From Octopus vulgaris (lineage: Eukaryota), in NCBI GenBank assembly GCA_951406725.2, contig OX597833.1, positions 66,154,001 to 66,218,000 of the forward strand: 64,000 nucleotides of DNA. The letters run 5' to 3'. The translations under genes were made by a program, and so were the position numbers. The stretch's first letter is position 1. Every line of letters begins with the position of its first letter. Below are positions 40,092 to 50,618 of this stretch, one piece after another. The notes below the pieces were generated by a model. The model ran no database searches. It saw nothing but the letters and a program-made list of their open reading frames with translations, and was not told the DNA's origin.

Positions 40092-43000
40092 CTGTCGTGT
40101 GTGTTCGCAGGTGCCTCTGAAGAAACTGCTTCGACGTTGCTGATTGTCCGCACAGCCGGCACTTATACGGCCGGAGAGCGTGGTGGACCAACGTGTGGGC
40201 AGTGAATGCACATCGGCTCGAGAACTGAAGCTGACAGCTGAAGCAGGTAAAATGCAGCCCTCGTTTTCTGTTCGTGATGCGACCGCCGCCGCCACCGACG
40301 CCATCACTGGTCCTACAAGTCCGACGGTCAAGCAACATGCTGGACGCCTTCCACTTCTTGCTTTGTTTTCCTAGCAAGGAAGCCCCGCAGTTTTTGCACA
40401 TGTTGTTGCTGCCCCGCTTACGATTCTTATTGTTATTATTATATTTTTTCGAGACATATTTGGTGCGGTTCCGCTGCCAACAGGAATAGCAGTATGTATT
40501 CCACAGAATCCGATTGCCTTTCTGTTGCTTGCCGGCTGCCTTACCGAGACCTTCCGGCGGCCGAGCTGGAGATCCGGCAGGTGACACCAACAAGGTATTC
40601 TTAGAACACGTTTGCACAAGAACTCTTGAAACGCCAGAAGTATTTGGACGAGGTGCCGGCAAAAAACTCTTATTTTCAACCTTAATATTTGCAACTATTG
40701 GTTGATGCTTATGAGCTGAAAGTGGTTTATCTTCCACCCTAACATTAATCACTGTCACAAGTGGTTTATGACCAGTCTTAGGATTACTATTAGGAACTGC
40801 TTGTGGTTGCTTAGGGATTAGAAGTGACTTAGGATTAGGTTTAGAATTAACATTAGCAACTGTTGACAGTTGTTTAGATGAATGTGATTTATGCTCAGTC
40901 TTAGTATTGGTATTAACATTTGTTGACTGTTGTTTAGGAACTAGGGGTGACTTATGATCAGTCTTAGTACTGCTATTAACTGTTGACAGTTGTTTAGATG
41001 CTGGGAGTGATTTATGATCAGTCTTAGTGCTGGTATTAACCGCTGACAGTTGTTTAGATGTTGGAAGTGATTTATGATCAGTCTTAATATTGATATTAAC
41101 TGTTGACTGCTGATTTGATGCAGGAAGCGATTTATGATCAGTCTTAGTACTGGTATTAACTGTTGACACTTGTTTGGATGCTGGAAGTGATTTATGATCA
41201 GTCTTATTACTAGTATTAACCACTGACAGTTGTTTAGATGTTGGAACTGATTTATGATCAGTCTTAGTACTGGGATTAACTGTTGACAGTTGTTTAGATG
41301 TTGGAAGTGATTTATGATCAGTCTTAATATTGGTATTAACCGTTGACTTCTGATTTGATGTTGGAACTGATTTATGATCAGTCTTAGTACTGGTATTAAC
41401 TGTTGACACTTGTTTGGATGCTGGAAGCGATTTATGATCAGTCTTAGTACTGGTATTAACTGTTGACACTTGTTTGGATGCTGGAAGCGATTTATGATCA
41501 GTCTTAGTACTGGTATTAACTGTTGACACTTGTTTAGATGTTGGAAGTGATTTACGATCAGTCTTAGTACTGGTATTAACTGTTGACTGCTGATTTGATG
41601 CTGGAAGTGATTTACGATCAGTCTTAATATTGATATAAACTGTCGACTGCTGATTTGATGCTGGAAGTGACTTATGATCAGTCTTAATATTGGTATTAAC
41701 TATTGATAGTTGTTTAGGAAGTGGGGATGACTTATGATCAGTCTTGGTACTGGTATTAACCGCTGACTGGTGTTTAGATGCTGAAAGTGATTTATGATGA
41801 GTCTTAGTACTACTATGAGCAACCTTAAGCTGTTTAGGTGGTGAATGTTGTTTATCTTCAATCTTAACACGGACTGTTTGTAGTTGTCTGGGAATTAGAA
41901 GTGGTTTCTCTTTAATATCAACAGTACTAGTTGTACTACTAACCACTGGCAATCGCTTATGAGGCAATGGATCGGGTGCCACCGATTTAGCATCATTCGA
42001 AGTCCTTGACACTTTGTTACTAGCACAATTCCCCAAGCCTTTAGCATCGAGAGCAGCACTTTTCCCACTGGGGTTATCTGAACAAGGTTTAGACACAGCT
42101 TTAACTCCAGGTTTGCTACAGCCATCATTCATGGCACCAGCTTTCTGAGAGTTAGTAGCCGTGAAACTTGAAGTTTGAGTACTGCATGTTGAGTAAATTG
42201 GCGCATTCGGGACACCAGAAGTGCTATGAACAAACGTTTTATTACTTGAAGAAGTTGCAGAAGCCGTGGCGTTGGTGCTGCGTTTAAGAGGAAATGGTGG
42301 GGAACAAACACTGGTTGAATTACCAACAGCTGTTGGCCCTACAGAATTCTTGCTTTTGTCCTTGTCTGATGTAACATAAGAAAGAGACCTTGCCTTTTCC
42401 AGAGTTAAAGGAACAGATGTGGGTGTATCATTAGTATGAAGAACAGGTTTATGTTGCTGAGGTTTTGATTTGGTTGGCTCGCTAGCAGTAACCAGCGACT
42501 TACCGTTTTTCACAGACTCTGGAGAATTAGGTTCCACCTTAATGTCAGTAACAGTTATCAAAGTCTTTTTGTTTGTTTCCATATTCACAGGAACATTCAA
42601 GTTTTGAGGAGGGGCAGAATCTGAAGAATTAGGTTCTGTTTTAATGACAGTTTTTAAAGCCTTTTTATTTGCTTCCGTGTTCAAAGGAAGGGAGGAAGGT
42701 TCTGAAGAATTTGGTTCCTTCTTAATGTCAGCAATGGGTTTCAAAGTCTTTTTGCTTGTTTCTATGTTTGTGGAAACATTAGGGTTTTGAAGAGGGGCAC
42801 AGTCAAAAGAATTTGGTTCTGTTTTGATGACAGTAACGGTTTTTAAATTCTTTGTGTTTGGCTCCAAAGAAACAGGGGGGTTATTAAGCAATGACTTGGG
42901 TGAACATTGCACTTTCTTCAAAGACACAACTGTTGAGGAATTATTTGAGATGCTGCTTTGAGAAGGAAGCTGTTTAACATTCTGTTTTGAAGGCAAGCTC

Positions 43001-45531
43001 TTGAGAGATTCTTTAGTATCCACAACTGAATGCTCGTTTTTAGTTTTGGAATTAGCACTTGCATCAGGACATTTAGTTAAGATACAAGATGAAGACAAAC
43101 CTTTCTCAGATTTTATATTAAAAGAAACGGTTTCTTTGCAGTTCTTAGTTACGTTCAAAGTTAATTCACTTTTGTCAGTTTTAACTTTAGGTGTGAAATT
43201 TTCAAGAGATTCTGCTGACCGTGAAAGTACATTTTTCTCTTTGGTAATATTGTCGGCTGAATTCTTGCCATAAATTTTAACACCTGTGTTGTAGGAATGA
43301 TCGCTCTTGGATTTAACGACAGGTGAGTGATAGTTATCGTTTTCCTCCTCGGATTTCTCAGACTTCACTTCCACCATCAAATCGGACCCACCTGTGTTGG
43401 TGTTTGAATCGACAGCTTTCTTCTGTGTCGAACTTGCACCAGAAGGACCAGCGGTCAGTTGGTGGGTCCCGACCACCTCCTTTTTACTCACTTTGCCTGA
43501 TGAGCAAGAACAAATCAAGGAAAACTGCTTTTTCAGCCCTGCAGGACTGTTTTCGTTTGATTTTGCACCTGAAGAAACCTTCATTACACCATTACCTTCT
43601 TCCTCGCTGGTATCTGGCATCTCTTTCTTCACTTTCACTTTCTCGAAGCTGTTAGTTTTCAAAGACATTTGCACGTTACCTTTACCAATTCCAGGATTAT
43701 TAACAGCTAATTGCTCAGGCTTCCCTCCTAAATGCAGTTTGGCAACAGCCTCGTTCGTTTTGGATGATTTACTGCGCTGCGGTTCTACAAGAGCAGGGAC
43801 ATCCTGGTCCTTCTTCCCGCCAGCATCTGATGCCAAAGTTTCAACACGAGCACTAACATGTGTAGCAGATTCTTTAAATTTTGGAAAATTCTTCGAGTCA
43901 TTGGATTGCAACTGTGGCTGTGGACTGTGGAACAAAGTGGAAGAACCATCAGTGGCTTCGGTATTTTCTTTCGTCACATTCTTCAATGATTCTGGAGTCA
44001 ATAAGCTACGAGCAGGAATACCATTTTCTTTGTAGTCGTGGAGAGACTGTACAAGAACATTATTTAAATTAACAACAGTATTATTAGCTTCGCTTTTGGC
44101 AGTTATCTGCGGATGGCCCACCTTTGAACAACCCCCTTTGCCATTTTTCACATCGTGGTATTCAGTTACGGAACAGGTGCTTTTGTTGCTATCATAGATA
44201 TTAGTGCCGGTGTCATTCTTTGATACCAGGTAGACGGTAACAAAAGGTTTCCTACTCGTCTTATTGTTCAGTATTACCATTCTGTTTCGCTGGAGGTCTA
44301 GAGTTCCAGATGATATATCGATTTTCTGACTGGCGTTCCCTAATAATTTCTCAGGCGGACCCTTTGTGAGGTTTATCACTGACTTTTTTTGGACAAAGGT
44401 GTTTTTGCTGTTGGACAAAAGACTCGAAGACAATTTCATTTCATTCTTTTCTGTTGCCATAGATTTTGCAATTACACTGACAGCATCCAAATGTGAAGAT
44501 GATGATGATGATGATGATGAAGAAGACGAAGAAGAGGAAGAAGAGAGTGTTTTTAAGTCAAGGACGTTAAAATTCTTATCCCTGTTGCCGTAGAGATTGT
44601 CCTGGGACAACAGAGACGATGACAGTGTGGCTGTGACAGTTGCATCAGGTTTAGGGTTGACATTGCCTCGAGGTGAATAAGTCTTTCCATATTTCCTATG
44701 ACTTTTCCCGGGTAGAGGGGTCAGATTGCCGTGAGCGGAGTAGGTCTTGCCATAACGATGGATATACGTTTGGTTCGGAAATGGCGACGTGCAAACTTTG
44801 ACCTCATCCAAGCTATCTTCTTTCTGCGGTGACAAACTCAGTGGAGAAGTTGTTTCGTCTTGGGATAATTTGGAACTACTTAATGAAGCACTGGTTACCG
44901 ATGCTGCCTTGGAGACCCTAGATGTTAGAGCAGGGCTCCGATCGAGACCTTGTTCGCTTGATGTAACAGTTTTTTTAAACTTGGAGCCGAGTCTGTTTTC
45001 AGAAGACAAAGTCAAATTATTGGGAACAGAGCCATTATCGACTTTGTCTGAGGAATGTGTTGAGACTATGAGCTGAGGATTAGCGTTAGCTGTACAAACC
45101 CTCTCTGTGGACCTAGATCCATCACTGGATTTAGGTTGATTAGATGGAGTTGAGCCATCGCTTGATATAAGCGTTGGGCCCCTAGGTTTGGCATTAATGT
45201 CTTTTACACTGTCTATCTTACTAGAATTGTTTAATTCTTCAGATTTGAAATTAATATCCGAAGTGTCATCTTCTTCATCGGTGAAAAGCGTCACATCGTT
45301 TTCACCAGACCACGTCATGTCGTTATCTGAGGAAATGTTTGATTGACTAGACGCAGCATAATTACGGGGCCACACGCAGTCCTTTTCTGATAAAAAGTTC
45401 ATGTTATATTTAGGTTTTGTGTCTGATGTGGTAGCTTTAATAAGGGTCAAGACGCTGCCAAATCCAGTTTCAGTGTTTGCCATATTGCTGCTGCTACTGC
45501 TGCTGGTGGTAGTGTCAGATGAACAAGCCAT
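40092..45531 (-). CDS. Coding exon 1 of a large C2H2 zinc-finger protein (1813 codons + 1 nt)
   Basis: Open 5.4-kb ORF whose start is in strong Kozak context (ACCATGG at 45531). It ends in two C2H2 fingers (FTCFSCQLQFSSRCAFTAHTLVHH, YKCRLCGQSATSKQFLQRHLRTH), followed directly by donor AG|GTAAAT at 40092/40091 (phase 1). Confidence 0.9.
40855..41815 (-). repeat. Coding 60-bp tandem repeat (15 copies plus degenerate flank) encoding ~STVNTSTKTDHKSLPASKQ(L/V)
   Basis: TTA(T/C)GAT(C/G)AGTCTT recurs in the same column of 15 consecutive 60-nt lines with the frame intact. Confidence 0.95.
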
Positions 45532-46376
45532 GGTAAGGGTTCTGAGATTAACATGAAGACAGAGCCATCAAGTGGTAGAACTGTTTACAGGAGGATATCC
45601 ACTAGATCTTCGGCAAGTTTGGAAAAGGGCAGAGATTGTTAAACATCTATTTTAGTTAAATTTATCCAATATTAAAATCCAATAAGAATTATTTTGGAAT
45701 CGTTAAAAAGGAAGAACAAATTTTGTTTTGTTTTGGTATTTTTTTACAGCTGAGGGCAAATTTCTTTTCCTTAGCATTTTCTGATAGTTTCCTTTGTAAT
45801 TTGCACTTAAAAGACAGAAATTGTGAATTCTTTAAAATGACATGACCATAAGGTTAGGTTTATCTTGTATCAGGTGATGGTACACTGTTCTGAATTTACA
45901 AGGGGTCACAGAAATGGTATTGCATGCTAACTGGAGGTACTATAAGAACCATCCTATGGTGCAGAACAAGGAACAGTGGTTACTACGACAACAACAACCA
46001 TCCGGCCGAGTTCTTCAACTACTGCTACTAACCGTAAATAAATGATTGTCAGAGACTAACGATCCAATCAGACGTTCAGTTGGCATCTCCAAAAGAAGCT
46101 GCGTTCCATTTCAACGGTTCTTTCAACAATGCCGGAAACACATCAATTAACACTTGGTCTACTTTCTGACGTTAAAAACACCAACTCAGCTTCATAATTC
46201 CAAGAACGTAACACGGAAAGAACACAAAGGGTAATTATTTCAAGTCCAACAGAGTCATTTTCTTCCTAGATGTATTGTAATACTTATGGCGATTCTTAGA
46301 GCCCATAGTAGTTCAGAACTCCTTCTGTTTTGTATCCCTAAACCAAAGTTCCTCGGCATTCACATTGGAGGTGAAA
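45532..46376 (-). other. Probable 5' UTR portion of the first coding exon
   Basis: Unique, repeat-free sequence running to a strong acceptor TTTTCATTTACTTGCAG| at 46377. An alternative acceptor TTTGCCCTCAG lies near 45750. Confidence 0.5.
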
Positions 46377-46459
46377 CTGCAAGTAAATGAAAATGAAAAT
46401 ATGGATAAATATATACTTGCTTAACAATTTTATTCTTCAAAATTATGATAAATACAAAA

Positions 46460-46717
46460 TACAGTTCTCTATTTAAGAGATGAGGAATTATTTACATTAT
46501 TTACATTTGACGGATATTTGTGCTCATCTAGTTTGTTGTTAACACAATGTTTCGGCTGATGTACTCTCCAGCCTTCATCAGGTGTCTTGGGGAAATTTCG
46601 AACCTGGGTTCTCATTCCTAAGGTATGTTATTATTATTATTATTCAGTTCACTGCCTGGAATCGAACTCGGAACCTTGGATTTCGTAGCCAGCGCTCTTA
46701 ACCACTATGCCATATGC
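46460..46717 (-). mobile_element. tRNA-headed SINE-like element carrying a hammerhead
   Basis: Head with A box TGGCATAGTGG and B box GAGTTCGATTCC, then (AAT)n, a body with the hammerhead, and a TGTAAATAA repeat near the 3' end. Confidence 0.7.
46541..46586 (-). ncRNA. Second copy of the same hammerhead motif, with GTT changed to ATT
   Basis: Reverse complement reads GACAC-CTGATGA-A-GGCTG(gagagtacat)CAGCC-GAAAC-ATT-GTGTT. Confidence 0.7.
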
Positions 46718-46756
46718 TACTAACCCCAAGATTCCAAGTTCGATTCCAGGCAGTGA

Positions 46757-46792
<36 letters not shown>

Positions 46793-47091
46793 TAATCATC
46801 ATCGTTTAACGTCCACTTTCCATGCTAGCATGGGTTGGCCGATTTGACTGAGGTCTGGCGAACCAGACTCTAATCTGATCTGGCAGAATTTCTACAGCTG
46901 GATGCTCTTCCTAACGCCAACCACTCTGAGAGTAATAATAATAATAATAACTTTGAAAAATACCTTAGGAATGAGAACTCAGGTTCGAAGTTTCCCCAAG
47001 ACACCTGATGAAGGCTGGAGAGTATATCAGCCGAAACGTTGTGTTAACAACAAACAAGATGAGGACAAATATCTGTCAAAGGTAAATAATG
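46716..47091 (+). mobile_element. 5'-truncated inverted copy of the same element, interrupted at 46796-46933 by an RTE-tail SINE fragment
   Basis: Near-perfect reverse complement of 46497-46690. A short tail fragment of this family also occurs at ~21876-21938. Confidence 0.7.
47000..47045 (+). ncRNA. Minimal type I hammerhead ribozyme motif inside a tRNA-headed SINE-like repeat
   Basis: GACAC-CTGATGA-A-GGCTG(gagagtatat)CAGCC-GAAAC-GTT-GTGTT: intact core, 5-bp stem II, stem I GACAC/GTGTT, palindromic stem III AACGTT. Confidence 0.75.
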
Positions 47092-48361
47092 AGGATAAAT
47101 GTAAGCAAACAAAATTTGCTTTTAGAAGCGCTGAGATGTACTGAAAGACAAAGATAAGGAAATAATTTATTCTCAAACGCAGAATAGTGCTGACAGCAGG
47201 AACACGATAAAACATGATGCTTATCCTAATATTCTTTTTTCCTGAACCGCAAAGTCAAAGGGATGTAAACACACCAGCACCGGTTGTCAAGCAGTGGTGA
47301 AGGAAACACACATACACACATACAGGGTCAGAGTTTCCTCCAGTCCCCGTCTACCAAATCCACTCGCAAGGCTATAGTAGAAGGTACTTGAACCCGGAAC
47401 CTTGTGGTTGGGAGGCAAGCTACTTACCACACAGCCACACTTGCGCCAAATGTTTGTATGTCAATATTTATTTACCGTTGCTACGGGCCCCTGACGAGGG
47501 CATTTTCTTCAATGGTTATAGTCAGACCTTACTAGCCTCAAATAACTATTTTATCGATACAAATAAGCGAACAGCTATGTTGCTGCGTATGTTCCACAGT
47601 AGCAGGAGTGGCATATAGGCGCAGGAGTGGCTGTGTGGTAAGTAGCTTGTTTACCAACCACATGGTTCCGGGTTCAGTCCCACTGCGTGGCACCTTGGGC
47701 AAGTGTCTTCTGCTATAGCCCCGGGCCGACCAAAGCCTTGTGAGTGGATTTGGTAGACGGAAACTGAAAGAAGCCCGTCGTATATATGTATATATATATA
47801 TATGTATGTGTGTGTGTTTGTGTATCTGTTTGTCCCCCTAGCGTTGCTTGACAACCGATGCTGGTGTGTTTATGTCCCCGTTTCTTAGCGGTTCGGCAAA
47901 AGAAACCAATAGAATAAGTACTGGGCTTACAAAAGAATAAGTCCCGGGGTCGAGTTGCTCGACTAAAGGCAGTGCTCCAGCATGGCCGCAGTCAAATGAC
48001 TGAAACAAGTAAAAGAGTAAAATAGTCTCCTGAAGGGGCGCAACTCGATATAAAATCGTTTTACACCCACAAATAACCCGCAGTTTCTCCATAAATTCCA
48101 CACAAAGCATCGATCGATCGAATCGTGGCTACAGAAAGAAAAAAAATAAGGAAAAAAAAAGAACACCTGATTCAACGCCGAGCAGTGGGATCGAAACCCA
48201 GATATGCGTGGCGGCAAAAACGAACATTTCTAAACCACACGTCTAATGTTTCCAAAGACCTAAAAATTTAGATCGGAAATCATGTGTGTGTGTATATTTG
48301 TTTTTGCCTCTATACACTTCTTGCACCCATGTGCGCGACCCGATATCCGTGTCTGTGTCTG

Positions 48362-48399
<38 letters not shown>

Positions 48400-48405
<6 letters not shown>

Positions 48406-48625
48406 TAGATATGTTTCGACCAATGATTGGTCCAGGCCATGTCTAACTTAATAGCACCACCTGATAGGATTATTTGAATCCTGTTTAAGTCAAGTTTTGT
48501 TTATGGTCCATTCAAGTAGTGAGTTCTTGTTGGCTGAGTTGTATCCAATTATGGGTGGCTTATCTGGTATCCCTTGAAGGAATCTCTATCCAGACTCCGT
48601 TTAAAGTTGAGGATAGACTCCTTAT
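48400..48625 (-). mobile_element. LINE 3' end fragment
   Basis: Frameshifted FKRSLDR..GIPDKPPIIGYNSANKNSLLEW C-terminus plus a terminal hairpin GACCAA-tca-TTGGTC. Confidence 0.5.
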
Positions 48626-48792
48626 GTATATATATATATATATATATATAAGTTTAGCAAAAATTTAGATTCAGATGAATGTGGTATATGGTACTTTAAG
48701 CAAAAGGCACCAGAATTTGGTATGGTATTACCCATATAATTCAGAATGGGGTGATTATAATCAAAATAAGCAACAAGGATATCCAAAGGTAG

Positions 48793-48879
<87 letters not shown>

Positions 48880-49229
48880 GAAAAATACAAACTGGGACAA
48901 GAACGTAAAACATTTAGAAGACGATACAAAAAACACGACACACATGTATGTATGTGTGTGTATATATATATATATACATACATGTACGTATGTATACATA
49001 TTGCTATTTATCTAGATATAATAGACGCGTATCTTGGTATATGAAGTAGTGGGTAGAACAAGCTTACGATAAAAGACGATCCAGCTGTGACCGTCTCGTC
49101 CATTTTTTCCCCTCTTTTTTGTTTTTTTTTTTACTGCATCTTCGTTATTTATTTCGAAGGACAGCTTCTATCATTATAAAATTATCCCCTCTTCCTTGTT
49201 TTGTTTTGGGTTTTTTTTTTTTTGAAGGA

Positions 49230-49800
49230 CGAACTAGTGTGCGCGTGCGTGTGAGTATGTGCGTGCGTGCGTGCGTGCGGGCGGGCGCGTTAGCCCCGTC
49301 TCTTGATGAGGTAGGAAGAGAAAAAAAGATAAAAAGATCTAAGATAGATAAGCTAGAAACAGAAGAAAAATACATGAGACAGACAGACAGACACATACAT
49401 AGGTATTCAGATTCATAGTTGATAGCCGCAATGTCTAGAGTGGCCGGTGTATTAGAAAGAAGCGAATGGAATTGCGACTCTAAAACCGTCTCTAAATTAA
49501 AATCTAAGGCCATGTTACACGTGTGCAAACACATCTCTCAATCTTTTTTCCCTTTTTCTTCTTACCATAACAAAACATGAATGGAATAAAAATCAGACAT
49601 AGAGGAATCTTTGAAGAGGAAAAAACAGTTGGTTAATTACTTCGGTACTTCCGTGTGGCCTGTCGACGAGGTGACGAGCCGTTGGTGTTTGTTTGAAACA
49701 TCCAAAGTTGAGACTTCAATTCATATCCCAGAGAGAAGAAGTGAAGGTGGCGGGTAAAAAAGATCGACGCGAATCGGGATTTACGACAGTCGTAAAACAC
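49230..49800 (-). promoter_or_regulatory. Candidate promoter/first-exon region of the zinc-finger gene
   Basis: CpG-rich unique sequence with an ETS core CGGAAGT (49647-49653, minus), GGCGGG and a GCGTGCG/GGGCGGGCGCG tract. Possible donor |GTAAGC at 49067. Confidence 0.3.
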
Positions 49801-50422
49801 ACCATCTCCGATATATATTTATACATCTTTTACTCTTTTACTTGTTTCAGTCACTTTGACTGCGGCCATGCTGGAGCACCGCCTTTAATCGAGCAAATCG
49901 ACCCCGGGACTTATTCTTTTGTAAGCCCAGTACCGCTAAGTAACGTGGACATAAACACACCAGCATCGGTTGACAAACACACACGCACACACACACACAT
50001 ATATATGACGGGCTTCTTTCAGTTTCCGTCTACCATATTCACTCACAAGGCTTTGGTCGACTCGAGGCTATAGTAGCAGACACTTGCCCAAGGTGCCACG
50101 CAGTGGGACTGAACCCGGAACCATGTGGTTGGTAAACAAGCTACTTACCACACAGCCACGCCTGCGCCTATGTATTTATACATCTTTTTGTAATCTTTTA
50201 TTTGGCTTCGGTTTATTAAACTAAAATTGCGGCCGTGCTGGGGCACCGCTTTGAGAAAATTTAAAGTTTGAATGAATCGTCGTCCTTCACTGCCTATTAT
50301 TTTTTTTTCCAAGCCTAGTACTTTGTTTTATCGGGCGATTTTGTCGAACCGCTATATTAAATGGACGTAAACAAACCAAGACCGGTCGTCAAGTGATGCC
50401 GAGGGGAGGGGGGTCAAACATA

Positions 50423-50618
50423 GGTACTACTTGGGAACAGTGGTCCCGGTGTGCGCACTCGCGTACTCGCGCATCCGCGCCAGCTAGTCGTGACTAGTCG
50501 ATCCTACAACGACTACCTAGCAAAGTAAATAAAACACAAAAACACAAAGTAAGGATCGACTGGTCATGACTAGCTAGCGCGAGTGCGCGCACCGGGACCA
50601 CTGTTCTCAAGTAGTACC
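50423..50618. mobile_element. 196-bp MITE/foldback element; a half copy lies at 51361-51475
   Basis: Termini GGTACTACTTG(G/A)GAACAGTGGTCCCGGTG and its reverse complement; the arms continue to TAGTCGATCCT. Confidence 0.8.

Noticed and set aside
40855-41815. CRISPR-like periodic array
   Set aside because: Whole 60-bp units are homologous with no unique spacers, it lies in frame in a eukaryotic exon, and there are no cas genes.
46645-46717. tRNA genes (here and at ~4470-4543, ~58420-58490)
   Set aside because: A/B boxes are present but there is no complete cloverleaf, and they run into repeat bodies, so they are SINE heads.
48405-48450. Hairpin followed by GAAAC resembling hammerhead stem II
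   Set aside because: No CUGANGA box; better explained as a LINE 3' stem-loop.
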